Shown here: positions 25,125-36,635 of the stretch, piece by piece
Numbering within the stretch: the first letter of the stretch is position 1
Layout: each line of letters begins with the position of its first letter
Source of the DNA: Macrostomum lignano
Taxonomy: Eukaryota
NCBI GenBank assembly: GCA_002269645.1
Contig: NIVC01000070.1
Location: forward strand, 1,054,001-1,118,000
Direction: 5' to 3'
DNA: 64,000 nucleotides
Program-made: the position numbers and the translations under genes
Notes under the pieces: generated by a model
Databases searched by the model: none
Told to the model about the DNA's origin: nothing
Seen by the model: only the letters and a program-made list of their open reading frames with translations

Positions 25125-25352
25125 TATGTCTCTTCTCAGCTCTCTTCTTTTTTCTCCTCTCCCCTCTCTTCTCCTTTCTCCCCCCTCCTCTCTTCTCTCT
25201 CATCTCCCCTCTCTTTTCTTTCATGTCCCATCTTCTCTCTTGTCTCTCATCTCCCCCCCTCTCTTCTCTTCTTCTCTTCTTCTCTTCTTCTCTCTCTTCT
25301 TCTCCGCTTCTCCTCTCCCCTCTCCTTTCTCCTCTCTCATCTCATCTCTCTG
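25125..25352. repeat. CT-rich low-complexity tract in a PHKA intron
   Basis: Directly visible. Confidence 0.85.
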
Positions 25353-25473
25353 ACTCGCAGTCAAGCCCTAGAGAAAAGTTTAAGTTAAAAAAGTTTGCCC
25401 CTGCTCCAGAGCACAACTGTTATGGAGAGGCGAAGACAGCCAGTTGCCCAGTGCAACCGCCCCCCCCCCCTAC

Positions 25474-25722
25474 CTGCAGGGCAAATTTGACCTCCCCGGC
25501 GGTCATTTCGCGCGTGAGATGCTGGCCGATGACTTCGCCCCGAATGCTGAGCCCGTCCGTCCGTTCGATGAGTCGCCAGATGTTATTGTAGAAGCCGCTC
25601 GGCACGCGGTTGAGCGCGCCGTCAATTTTTCGCCGACGAATCCACTGGCCGCCCCGGCAGCTGGAGCTGTCCGCCGCCTCGGCTGGCTGGCCAGCAACCG
25701 AATCAATTCTCTTGCCCTGCTC
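25474..25722 (-). CDS. PHKA: PHKA exon (EQGKRID...GQWIRRRKIDGALNRVPSGFY...REMTAGEVKFALQ)
   Basis: cttctag|GAG acceptor, CAG|gtaggg donor, phase 0-0, 83 codons; conserved GQW.RRR.DGALNRVP. Confidence 0.92.
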
Positions 25723-25868
25723 CTAGAAGCAAGATGTTGTTTGATAAAGGATGCTGGCTAGATAAGTAGAAAATTGGCTCCTGGGTTGTCATGCGGTTCA
25801 CACCTGTGAGGACCAACCCCCAAGGCACAGGTAGTGCACATGCCTGACGATTAGAAAGCCGGGATTAG

Positions 25869-26256
25869 GACGGGAAACCTCGTTTCTTGGTAATTTTAGG
25901 AGGCCGGTTTTTCCGAAAAAAATACACTACGGAGATAGGAAGTTTTCATTTTTTCAGCACAAAAATTGTTATTGCATTGATTGGAGGCGGATCCAATGTT
26001 CATCTTTTGATATGTTGTGCCTTAGAAAGTTAGGATTCTATGTTAACTTTTTATTCTACGCACGAATGAACATACGCTGTGCCAAAAAAAACCATTAAGA
26101 TGGCACAACATATCAAAATATGAACACTGGGTCTGCCTCCTATCGAAAGCAATAACAATTTTTGTGCTGAAAAAATGAAAACTTCCCATCTCCGTAGTGT
26201 ATTTTCTGGAAAAAACCGGCCTCCTAAAATTTGTCCAAGAAACGAGGTTTTCCGTC
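25869..26256. mobile_element. Hairpin MITE-like element (~150-bp inverted arms) inserted in a SINE copy
   Basis: gacgggaaacctcgtttcttgg...gatatgttgtgcc is inverted relative to ggcacaacatatc...ccaagaaacgaggttttccgtc. Flanks 25770-25860 and 26277-26315 match consecutive parts of the SINE at 33360-33730. Confidence 0.7.
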
Positions 26257-26500
26257 ATTCTACTTGAGTAGTTTTTGTGTACACCCTGTGTGAGCGCGTG
26301 TCTGAGTGCTTGAGAACTGACATCGGAAACCGCCACGTGAATTTAAAAAACAACTCATCGTCGGCAATTTAAATTCAATTTAAATCCGTGCTCTTATATC
26401 CACAATAGTAGTATAATTGAGTCTGGCTAATTCTATTCTGTATTCTCAAACACTGCCTGAAAATATGGCAGCCATATCGCAACTCCTCCAGAAGACTCAC

Positions 26501-26721
26501 CGCTTGCAAAGCGAACAACACTGCATCCGAGCTCATAGCTGGACTGGCATCGGCCACTGCAGAGCCCGCGGCTGTTTGAGCGGCGGTACTGACGACAACC
26601 AGGCTGGGTGCGAACGGCACCGGCGAGGACCGCTGGCTCTGACGGCGCTGCTGCAGTGAGCGGCCCATCTCGGTCTCGTTGCGCGACAAGATGCACAGAC
26701 GGGCCTGGTCGCCAAGTCCGA
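26501..26721 (-). CDS. PHKA: PHKA exon (divergent linker, GLGDQARLCILSRNE...AVLFALQA)
   Basis: Donor GCG|gtgagt; acceptor gctcaag| chosen for phase 1-0 compatibility; GC3-rich frame. The 5' boundary is less certain. Confidence 0.7.
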
Positions 26722-27060
26722 CTTGAGCGTGTGTGGGAGTGTGCAGCAGTCTTGCAGATTTCTGACAACTATACATTATTTGAGGCATTATTTAGTAACA
26801 TAGGGGAATCATTGAAAAGAAATGGATTGATTTCTGTAATACTCTGGGCTGCCGCGACGCTACGGCTCAAACATGGTGGCTGCGAGACCAATGATGAAAC
26901 GTGGTTTTTGTGATATGCCAATATCGAAATGTTTATGTTTCAGAGTTCATGTACAATCCGTGAGGTCGACATATACGAGTATAGCCATCAGGTCATTGGG
27001 TAGTAGGCTATAGGTTTAGGTAGCAAAAATATAATTAGCACGCAATCATGATTAGCTTAC

Positions 27061-27159
27061 TATACTCGGCTCGAAATTCTTTGCCACTAAGCAAATAGTG
27101 AAGCAAAGTTTTCATTGCAAACGGGCTTAGGCTAAGCAGATGTTCCGTAGCTTCGTCCG
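27061..27159 (-). CDS. PHKA: PHKA exon ([29 protein letters not shown])
   Basis: ttttcag| acceptor, A|gtaagc donor, phase 1-1; matches the EEA..LM.LSP..MK.LLHHILSGKEF motif. Not in the ORF track. Confidence 0.92.
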
Positions 27160-27214
27160 CTGAAAATTAAAATTAAAATTTGCTTACTGTTTTGTAAGCA
27201 ATGATAGAAACACT

Positions 27215-27560
27215 GAGTGAGGTGGGTGTCGGGGTAGGAATTTAATGAGGTTACGTGTCGGGTAGGAATTTAATGAGGTTACGTGTCGGGTAGGAATTTA
27301 ATGAGGTTACGTGTCGGGTAGGAATTTAATGAGGTTACGTGTCGGGTAGGAATTTAATGAGGTTACGTGTCGGGTAGGAATTTAATGAGGTTACGTGTCG
27401 GGTAGGAATTTAAGGCGGAGTGAGGTGCGTGTTGGGGTAGGAATTTAAGAAGGAGTGAGGTGGGTGTTGGGGTAGGAAGTTAAGGCGGAGTGAGGTGGGT
27501 GTCGGGTAGGAATTTAGGGCGGAGTGAGGTTGGGTGTCGGTTAGGAATTGAAGGGGTTGG
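27215..27560. repeat. 28-bp minisatellite (TTTAATGAGGTTACGTGTCGGGTAGGAA) with degenerate flanks
   Basis: Period from 27241 and 27269; related degenerate units at 24370-24545. Confidence 0.85.
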
Positions 27561-27610
27561 TACTTGTTGGTACTTGGAGGTTTCGTCTAATCGAAAGCAT
27601 GATGACCCAC

Positions 27611-28062
27611 CATTTACGTTGAGCGATCTGCCAATCTCGCTGCCCATAATTCTAATAATAAGTCCGACTCGAATGCGATGCATGTTGGCGAACAGCTGCG
27701 ACTCAGTCTTGGCCAGCATGCTGAGGTACACAAGAATCTCTTGAGTTAGCATGCCCAGCGTTATGTCGTTGCCACATGCGCTCTTGATTAAATCGGCCAG
27801 TACAGCGGACGATTTCGGCGAGGTTAAAACGCAGTCCTCTGGCTCTGGCGGTAACCCGATGGTGACTTGTTTCTGACGGACCAGCAGATCCGTGAGACAG
27901 ATTGGTAGAGTTTCAACACGCTTGTCAAGCATTCCAGCCGTATAGCGGACCAGCCACCACTGCTTGAGACTGCCGGCGTGCTCGTACAGCTCCTTGACCA
28001 GGTCCCGAACTGTCGTTGGAGCACCGTTTTTGTCTCGCCAGCCTGTGTCGTAGCTGGGGCCT
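27611..28062 (-). CDS. PHKA: PHKA exon (GPSYDTGW...QKQVTIGLPPEPE...LTQEILVYL...RIRVGLII)
   Basis: cgacag| acceptor, G|gtgggt donor, phase 2-1. Confidence 0.93.
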
Positions 28063-28129
28063 CTGTCGGTTTATGTAGTTTATATTGTGCTTTATATGCT
28101 TTAAACACATGCCTTATAGCTGTATTTAT

Positions 28130-29832
28130 TATCTGACGGTCTGGACGCTACATTATCTTATGGTCTGGATGCTACATTATCTTATGGTCTGGATGCTACA
28201 TTATCTTATGGTCCGGATGATACATTATCTGATGGTCTGGATGCTACATTATCTGATGGTCTGGATGCTACATTATCTTATGGTCTGGATGCTACATTAT
28301 CTGATGGTCTGGATGCTACATTATCTTATGGTCTGGATGCTACATTATCTGATGGTCTGGATGCTACATTATCTGATGGTCTGGATGCTACATTATCTGA
28401 TGGTCTGGATGCTACATTATCTGATGGTCTGGATGCTATATTATCTGATGGTCTCGGTGCTACATTATCTGATGGTCTGGATGCTACATTATCTTATGGT
28501 CTGGATGCTACATTATCTGATGGTCTCGGTGCTACATTATCTTATGGTCTCGGTGCTACATTATCTGATGGTCTGGATGCTATATTATCTTATGGTCTGG
28601 ATGCTATATTATCTGATGGTCTGGATACTATATTATCTTATGGTCTGGATGCTACATTATCTTATGGTCTGGATGCTATATTATCTGATGGTCTGGATGC
28701 TATATTATCTTATGGTCTGGATACTATATTATCTGATGGTCTGGATGCTATATTACTCGTATCTGACGGTTTGGATGCTACGTCGTACATTATCTTATGG
28801 TCTGGATGCTACATTATCTTATGGTCTGGATGCTACATTATCTTATGGTCTGGATGCTATATTATCTGATGGTCTGGATGCTACATTATCTTATGGTCTG
28901 GATGCTATATTACTCGTATATAATATGCCAGACCATATTATCTGATGGTCTGGATGCTATATTACTCGTATCTGACGGTTTGGATGCTACGTCGTACATT
29001 ATCTTATGGTCTGGATGCTACATTATCTTATGGTCTGGATGCTACATTATCTTATGGTCTGGATGCTACATTATCTTATGGTCTGGATGCTACATTATCT
29101 TATGGTCTGGATGCTACATTATCTTATGGTCTGGATGCTATATTATCTGACGGTCTGGATGCTATATTATCTGATGGTCTGGATGCTATATTATCTGACG
29201 GTCTGGATGCTATATTATCTGACGGTCTGGATGCTATATTATCTGATGGTCTGGATGCTATATTATCTGACGGTCTGGATGCTATATTATCTGACGGTCT
29301 GGATGCTATATTATCTGATGGTCTGGATGCTACATTATCTTATGGTCTGGATGCTACATTATCTTATGGTCTGGATGCTATATTATCTGATGGTCTGGAT
29401 GCTACATTATCTTATGGTCTGGATGCTACATTATCTTATGGTCTGGATGCTATATTATCTGATGGTCTGGATGCTATATTATCTGACGGGCTGGATGCTC
29501 TATTATCTGACGGTCTGGATGCTATATTATCCGATGGTCTGGATGCTATATTATCTGACGGTCTGGATACTATATTATCTGACGGTCTGGATGCTATATA
29601 TTATCTGACGGTCTGGATGCTATATTATCCGATGGTCTGGATGCTATATTATCTGACGGTCTGGATACTATATTATCTGACGGTCTGGATGCTATATTAT
29701 CTGATGGTCTGGATGCTATATTATCTGACGGTCTGGATGCTATATTATCTGATGGGCTCGATGCTACATTATCTGACGGGCTGGATGCTATATTATCTGA
29801 TGGGCTGGATGCTATATTATCTGATGGGCTGG
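28130..29832. repeat. 24-bp minisatellite (ATGGTCTGGATGCTACATTATCTG) filling a PHKA intron
   Basis: About 70 units; explains the MVWMLHYL repeat ORFs. Confidence 0.95.
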
Positions 29833-29860
29833 AGGGCTCTAATCACGCCCGGATTCTTAC

Positions 29861-30116
29861 CTAGATGTGTACAGGTGATAAACAATATCGAACTGTTCGT
29901 AAAGCAGTTCCGATTGTTCCAATCTGGCCAGCAAGCTGTCTTCCCCAATTTCGGCTAGAGAAGCGCACGAATTGCGTCGCTTTTCCAGCGTTCGGTGATT
30001 GAAGGCTCGGCTGCCGGCCGCGCCCTGATCTGATGCGCCGATTACCATGCTGGACAATGAGCTACCTGAGCTGCTTTCCAAAGACATCGGCTGGCGGAGC
30101 TTGCGATAGGCTGGCG
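29861..30116 (-). CDS. PHKA: PHKA exon (PAYRKLRQ...LEQSELLYEQFDIVYHLYTS)
   Basis: ccacag| acceptor, AG|gtaaga donor, phase 1-2; resembles the L.E...L.EQ.DILY.LY motif. Confidence 0.85.
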
Positions 30117-30159
30117 CTGTGGTGAAGAATTTGGTTGCACATCGGAACTTGAACACCCG

Positions 30160-30460
30160 CTTTTCTTTTCTGTCCGCGAGTCACCCATCCCACTCTGCTT
30201 TTCTTTTCTGTGCGCCAGTCACCCATCCCACTCTGCTTTTCTTTTCTGTGCGCCAGTCACCCATCCCACTCTGCTTTTATTTTATGTCCGCGAGTCACCC
30301 ACATCACTCCGCTTTTCTTTTCTGTGCGCCAGTCACCCATCCCACTCTGCTTTTCTTTTCTGTGCGCCAGTCACCCATCCCACTCTGCTTTTCTTTTATG
30401 TCCGCGAGTCACCCACATCACTCCGCTTTTCTTTTCTATGCGCCAGTGACCCACTTCACC
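30160..30460 (+). repeat. ~38-bp minisatellite (TTTTCTTTTCTGTGCGCCAGTCACCCATCCCACTCTGC)
   Basis: About 7 units. Confidence 0.85.
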
Positions 30461-30741
30461 TTGCTGCCCATACCTACCTCAATAACCCACCTCTCTCCGT
30501 CTGCCTATTCCCCTTAGTCGCCCACCCCACCCCGGCTAGTCTATCTCACACATTAGGTTAGCATTAGTATAGGTTTAATCAAAGCGAACAAAGGCAAACA
30601 AATAAATACCGTCGTCTTCTTCCGAGTTCCACAGGTAAAACGGCGATAACGCTGTAAATTGTGGAAAGGTGGCTACACATAGTTCTTCTATTTTGAAGAT
30701 AGTTAATAGAATAAGAAGTACCTGCGTAAAGTAGTGTGGTT

Positions 30742-31095
30742 TGGTGACTAGGGCAGGGATAGACAGCGGAGTGGGGTGGGTGACTAGGACAGGGATAGAC
30801 AGCGGAGTGGGGTGGGTGACTAGGGCAGGGATAGACAGCGGAGTGGGGTGGGTGACTAGGACAGGGATAGACAGCGGATTGGGGTGGGTGACTAGGGCAG
30901 GGATAGACAGCGGAGTGGGTGGGTGACTGGGGCAGGGATAGACAGAGGAGTGGGGTGGGTGACTAGGGCAGGAATAGACAGCGGAGTGGAATGGGTGACT
31001 AGGGCAGGGATAGACAGCGGAGTGGAATGGGTGACTAGGGCAGGGATAGACAGAGAAGTGGGGTGGGTGACTAGGGCAGGGATAGACAGCGGAGT
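30742..31095 (-). repeat. 36-bp minisatellite (GTGACTAGGGCAGGGATAGACAGCGGAGTGGGGTGG)
   Basis: About 10 units; shares an inverted core with the 30160-30460 array. Confidence 0.88.
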
Positions 31096-31174
31096 TGAAG
31101 GATGTTGAAGTAAGGACTGCGTATTATTACTATTAATATTAATAAGGAAATATTAGCAAAACATAGTGGCTTAC

Positions 31175-31462
31175 ATTCATCCTCTAGTTGCTGCTCTACT
31201 GATCCAGACTCGATTTCTTTTTTCTCATTTTGCGGTAGTCCGTGCATCTCAGCGGATACTGCGCTGCTGAGCACGCATGATTTCTGCCGCTTCCAGGCCG
31301 CAAACTGTTCCTGTTGCCGGGCTGCTTGAGTGGCCGCCGCCGCTGCCGCCACACTGGCCATTGCGGTCGAAGTTGACGTATCGAACACACTCGAGGTGGG
31401 ACGAATTCGACCGATGCAATGCAGCGTGCTAGTGGTGGCCCGGGCCTTGGCAAGCAGCTCGT
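31175..31462 (-). CDS. PHKA: PHKA exon (divergent Ala/Ser-rich region, ELLAKARATT...QQLEDE)
   Basis: cactgcag| acceptor, T|gtaagc donor, phase 1-1, open frame of 288 bp. Confidence 0.8.
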
Positions 31463-31504
31463 CTGCAGTGCGAAACGTTGAGACGACAGTTTGTTTAAGG
31501 GCCC

Positions 31505-31820
31505 CAGAATCAGTTTGTTTTGGGGTAAGTCTGTTTGGGGGTCAGTGTGTTTAGGGGTCAGTCTGTTTAAGGGTCATTCTGTTTGAGGGTCAGTCTGTTT
31601 GGGGGGTCAGTCTGTTCGGGGGGTCAGTCTGTTTGGGGGTCAGTCTGTTTAGGGGGTCAGTCTGTTTGTGGGGCCAGTCTGTTTAAGGGTCAGTCTGTTT
31701 AAGGGTCAGTCTGTTTAGGGGTCAGTCTGTTTAAGGGTCAGTCTGTTCAGGGGTCAGTCTGTTCAGGGGTCAGTCTGTTCAGGGGTCAGTCTGTTCAGGG
31801 GTCAGTCTGTTTGAAGGTCA
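31505..31820. repeat. ~16-bp minisatellite (GGGTCAGTCTGTTTAA)
   Basis: Directly visible. Confidence 0.9.
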
Positions 31821-31872
31821 AACCATTTTTTCACGAAGCAGTGACACCGTCTGTTATCATTTGGCGCATTAC

Positions 31873-31952
31873 CGGCCTTCTTGGGGTCCAGAAAGCTCAT
31901 GTTGGTCACGCAGCTGGTGTCCAAAAAATCCGAAAGGCGTCCCAGAGTGACA
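31873..31952 (-). CDS. PHKA: PHKA exon (VTLGRLSDFLDTSCVTNMSFLDPKKA)
   Basis: tttccag| acceptor, G|gtaatg donor, phase 2-1; matches the G.LS.FL.TSC...SF.D motif. Not in the ORF track. Confidence 0.92.
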
Positions 31953-32476
31953 CTGGAAAGTTAATTGATTGACTAGAAAACTGATCACCTTTTTAACAAA
32001 GCTTATAAGCAGCTTCGGTTACCTTCAGCTACACCTTTATGACCTCCAACCCCAGCCTCTTAGATCATCACGCTGAAGTACAGATGGCTTTACATTTTAA
32101 TAAACAGCTCAAACTGCTCACTATCTTTAAATGTGTTTACCAAAACTGAAAATTTACAATATAAGAGCGTTTGTCGTCGATTGAAACCTTTGGTCGCACC
32201 GTGTTCGGAACCTATTATTGCCTTTGAGGCTGGCCTATGCGGACCTTCCGACGGCGGGGACAGTTTTGCTCAACTGCATCGAGCCCCAACCGTGCCACCA
32301 GCTGTGACACTGCTTCAGTCTTTTAAAGACAGTGATAGTGTGTTGTTGTTATTGCTGTTGTCCTGTACAGTACATTCTCTTTAGCAAGTGTGTCACGCTC
32401 TTCTTAAGTGACAAATTTAAATAATTATTTAGACAACTTATTGCTGACACTCCTCATAAAGACAATTAGCTTGCAC

Positions 32477-32830
32477 AGGGGCCGTAGCCCAGTGGTCTAG
32501 CGCGGCGCTCTGGTGTGCCAGCGGCCCAGGCTCGATTCCAAGTTCAGACACAATAATTTGGGGCTAAATTAGGATCTCGGCTGGGCGCTGCTCGTGCAAT
32601 TAACGCCCTTGATGGCCAACCCCCAAAGCTCAGTGTAGTGAACGTGCTTAACGATAACGTTAGGGCCGCTGTACACTCCTGTGTGAGTGTGTGTGTCCGT
32701 ACGTATCCGCGCGCTTGTGTGCCTTCTCAGGTGAGTCTGCGGAATTGGCAGTAATGCCTCTCGCCGGTTGTGAGGCAAAGTCGCCTAAAGTGCGCCAGGG
32801 TGCACACAGCCTCCTGTCTCTAATAAAAAA
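32477..32830 (+). mobile_element. tRNA-derived SINE, family A copy 1
   Basis: Head ggggccgtagcccagtgg (A box) ... ggctcgattcc (B box). Body shares atttgggg, attaac.ccc, agggccgctgtacac, gagtc.gcggaat and gcgccagggt with 33360-33730. Confidence 0.7.
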
Positions 32831-32857
32831 CCATTAACACAACTAGGTAGCTCTCAC

Positions 32858-33348
32858 CGAGTACCATTGATGTAGCCGCTCTGCAGTTTCTTAACCATGG
32901 CAAAAAACGCCGGCTGCAGGAGCTGCAGCTCGTCTCCGATATTGAAGTACCAATTGTACACTGGCACGATGAACAGAGGCCGGCCTACCGCGGACCAGGT
33001 GCGGCGTAGGTAAGCCACATTAGTCCGGAACTGATCCAACAAGAATTCAAAGTCCAGACTAAGGTAGAACGAGTGCAGATCGAAGAACTGCGGAGTGAAC
33101 GCCAGGGTTTGATCGCCAACAACGTATAATCGGCTGGTGGCCAAAATGCCAACGTCGTTAGTGGCCCGGCCGGACAAGCCAAGCTGATGGCAGCGGCCGA
33201 GATGGCGGTAGAAGTGTCCGAGAAGCTTGGCCGGCAGCAGCCAGATGCCCGTATCGCGTTGTACATCGGAGAAATCTTGTACGCAACGCAGGCCCAGATG
33301 CGTCTCCAGCGTTTGCTTGATGCTGTTGTCCTCAGCAACTATCACCAC
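32858..33348 (-). CDS. PHKA: PHKA exon (VVIVAED...LSGRA...ILATSRLY...FTPQFFD...KKLQSGYINGT)
   Basis: gctcag| acceptor, CG|gtgaga donor, phase 0-2. Confidence 0.93.
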
Positions 33349-33359
33349 CTGAGCAAGGG

Positions 33360-33730
33360 GCAGGGCAGCTCAGCGGTAAACACGTGTGAATCTGTCGCTA
33401 CGAGCCATGCTTCGCTTCCGTGCGCGGCAACCGTCATTTGGGGCTTGTGCACAAAAATTATCCCGGGTTGTCGTGCCATTAACACCCATGGGAGCCAATC
33501 CCCAAGGTACACAGAGAGTGCACATGCACATGATTAGAAAGTCACAAGGGCCGCTGTACACCCTTTGTGAGCGTGTGTATGAGAGCTTGCCTGAGTACAG
33601 TATTGGCTGGCACACTTTTATGTGCTCAGGAGTCAGCGGAATGGGCAGAATCGCCTCAGCATTGTTAAGAGGACGATGTCGCCGAAGGCGTTGCGCCAGG
33701 GTACACAAGCCCTCCCTGCAATCAATATCC
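33360..33730 (+). mobile_element. tRNA-derived SINE, family A copy 2
   Basis: agctcagcgg A-box-like and gcttcgcttcc B-box-like; collinear similarity with 32477-32830. Further fragments at 25770-25860, 26277-26315 and about 62525-62600. Confidence 0.65.
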
Positions 33731-35306
33731 TCATCACCACTTGAGCACGGTGTATTCTCAATACTTGACAGTTGGAAGACATCGTTTTTGTGCTCAACGA
33801 ATAACAGCCAAAGTACTTTTTAGAATTTTTAGCTTCGATACGCTCGGATTGGGATATCACAACCAAATGCTAAACTTGCGATTGCCAAGAAGCCACATGC
33901 ATAGAAACGGAAGGTAAATACTCGTATACTCAGGATCTAGTTCGATGGGGTGCAAAAAAGTTCTTTGTGACACTATTGTCCTGCGAAAAGGATCCGGTTT
34001 AAAAAGCTAAAATATTAAAAGGTTGAAATTAGCTGGGATTGGCCTTAGAATCGGAGTTAAAGGGGGGGTATAGTTAGTGTTACGCATACCTTTTTCAGCC
34101 TAGTGATCCTGCGAGCACCCAATTTAATCATGCATTCAGCCATGCAGCATTAAGCGCTCTGTCGTCTATGGCCCAGACCACAGATACTAGAGTAACTAGA
34201 TGGCCACCCAGCACGTTTGCGTGCAAGCTACTTTTAGTTCAGTAGCAAGTTAAACTGAAGAATTTTAATGTATTTTTAAAGCCAAGGCTTATTTATTGGC
34301 TCTTACCCCCCATCCAAGCTTAAACCCTCAAACTCCACACGGAACTTCTACCCCTGCCCCGCCACCCAATTTTTAGTACCTTCGTCGGATATTCCAGCCT
34401 AAATCTGCCATGTAAATTTCAGTAGCTAATATAAATTATGGCTGAACCAATTAGCAAACTGTTTACCTCTGCAAGCTTTGGCTTCTAAACTTATGAAAGT
34501 AATCTCAGCTGCCTTTATTCTTATAAAATAGCTTATGCTTCTTCACCGCTACTGAACTGAAAGTAGAAAGCTGTTTTGCCAAGTATATATGCCTGAGTGG
34601 CTCATCTAGTTATTCAATATCTGCGGCCCAGACTGAGGGCTGTCTCTTACTCTTCTAGCACATAAAATCTGACATGAGCGTTTCCTGGGCATCGTATTAA
34701 GAAGGTACCCAGACAAGTTTCTAAACTGCGAATAAAGAAACTAGTGCACCTTCCTGTATGTCGTGGCAGGAGAAGCGATTGCTTGAGGGTGAGGCCAGCA
34801 TGAATCACGTGACTGGATTTCCCTGGTTGAATCTTCAACTTCAGAATTTTGTTGGTTTGTCTAAGTCGTGTCTGATAAACTGAGAGCTAAATTCTCTGAT
34901 AAATAACTCTGAAATAACTCTGATAAATTTGTTTAACTAAGAGCTGAATGACTGCGCCGATGCATGGTTAAATTGATTGCTCGCAGGATTAACTAGGCTC
35001 CAAAAGGGTATAGTGCTGTTGTGTCGTTAAGCCTATCATCCATGGCCGTCAGTGCACAGTCTGCGAAACAAAATCCGTTTACGCCCGCTTAGACTATCAG
35101 TGTTAAATCCTGACTTGGTGCAGTACTAGCTGCAACAAAAGTATGGTCATAGGTCATTAGCTGCTTGGGGCAGAAACAAGTTGAAATGCTTCTCAAAAAA
35201 TGCGACTCAAAATTTTATCCCGTTTCTGCCTTCTGTTTTGATCATTTCCGTTAGGATCGTACAGATTCCCTAAACGCTGTTGCAATACGAGCAGGTGATA
35301 TTTTAC

Positions 35307-35760
35307 CTGAACTACTAAATCCGGTTTTGCCTCAGTGCATAGTCGTCTCCCGATTGGGTCGATCTCCTGCGGTCGAAGACAACCATCGCCGATCAGTTTG
35401 CAGACAATGTAGAGCGACTGCGACCACAGATGCGGTAGGGCGCCAACAGGCTGACGGTCCTGACTGCCCGGATTGGTCACCTCTGCCGCCACGGCCGCGG
35501 CCGGGACAGCAAACGACTCAGGCAGCACCGGTAGGCCTTCAGCGTTGCGCAGGACGAGTTTCTCCAATCGAGCAGAATAAACTGCTGCCAAATTGGCGTC
35601 ATCGCGAAAGTAGGCGTCTAATAATAAATAGCAGAAGAACAGCGGCCATTCGCATTCGATGTTCTCGAACTGCTTCAACTCCCAGGGCTCGTAGTGCAGC
35701 CGGCTCGCGTCCTCTCGGGCCGTACGGTAGCCGTCGCGGAGGAACCGGCAGCAGCCGTAG
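35307..35760 (-). CDS. PHKA: PHKA exon (YGCCRFLRDGY...FENIECEWPLF...LPHLWSQSLY...KPDLVVQ)
   Basis: tcaacag| acceptor, CAG|gtaaaa donor, phase 2-0; hallmark GH15-like domain motifs. Confidence 0.95.
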
Positions 35761-36635
35761 CTGTTGAGAACAGCCGGTGGTGGCACATTATGTAAGGGTC
35801 TGGGTGCTCTGTTTAGCTCTTTTCGAAATAGACAAACCAAGGACGGTTTGAGTAGAAGGTCGGGTTCAACTTCGTTTCTTAGAAAATCTTTGAAGGCTGG
35901 CTTTACACCACCGCGACCAGAGATAGGAGCTTCAAATGATCATATTTTAATATGACTGTTTTATTTTATGTTTTAGGTTTTTGTATTTAGTTAAAAAACA
36001 ACAAGTTATTACTATATATAAACAGTGTTTGACCATAGGTCCAAAGTGCAGACCTGCCAACAAGACTTCAAATTTCACCACCATGTCGACCACATATGTC
36101 AGATGCATCATCTCTGACATCGGCGGCCACAGGCCTTCACACTTAGGTGACATCATGTGACTATCGAAATCCTGCATTGCAAACTTCTCTAACGTCGTTG
36201 ATCCACCTGAACTCCCACTGTCGGGACTGAAAATTTCTTATCTCGCTAGTGATTTTTTCGTTCAAAGCCAACCGTCAAAGATTATCTAAGAAACAAAGAT
36301 TATCCGTCTCTCCGTAGGGCTTGAGACGATGATTCAAACAAAAATGAGAGGGGTGATTCAGTCTGAAAATGGGGACTGATGTAGCACGAATGATGGAACC
36401 GGAACAAGGAGATAACAGGAGTGGGGTAAGGAGATAGAGGGTCGAAAAGAGAAGATGCAAAATTGTGGAGGAGTGTGCAAAAAAGTTACCCTGAGTAGAG
36501 TAGCAATGCAGAATTGAAGAATTTGAAGAATAGAGAAAATGAATTGATGAAACAGAAGCTCATCTATAGAAAATATGAATTTTCGAGCTTGTGAATGTGG
36601 CCCGAAAAACGTTAAAATCTACATTTCACACGTAC

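Noticed and set aside
25560-25640. Apparent frameshift in the PHKA GQW-RRR-DGALNR exon
   Set aside because: Recounting the A run gives CGA AAA ATT GAC in frame; the ORF track starts late only because the acceptor TAG is an in-frame stop.
28085-29958. MVWMLHYL and LSDGLDA repeat ORFs
   Set aside because: 24-bp minisatellite inside a PHKA intron bounded by good splice sites.
32477-32552. Possible functional tRNA gene
   Set aside because: A and B boxes are present but I could not form a proper acceptor stem or 7-nt anticodon loop, and it continues into a repeated body, so it is called a SINE head.
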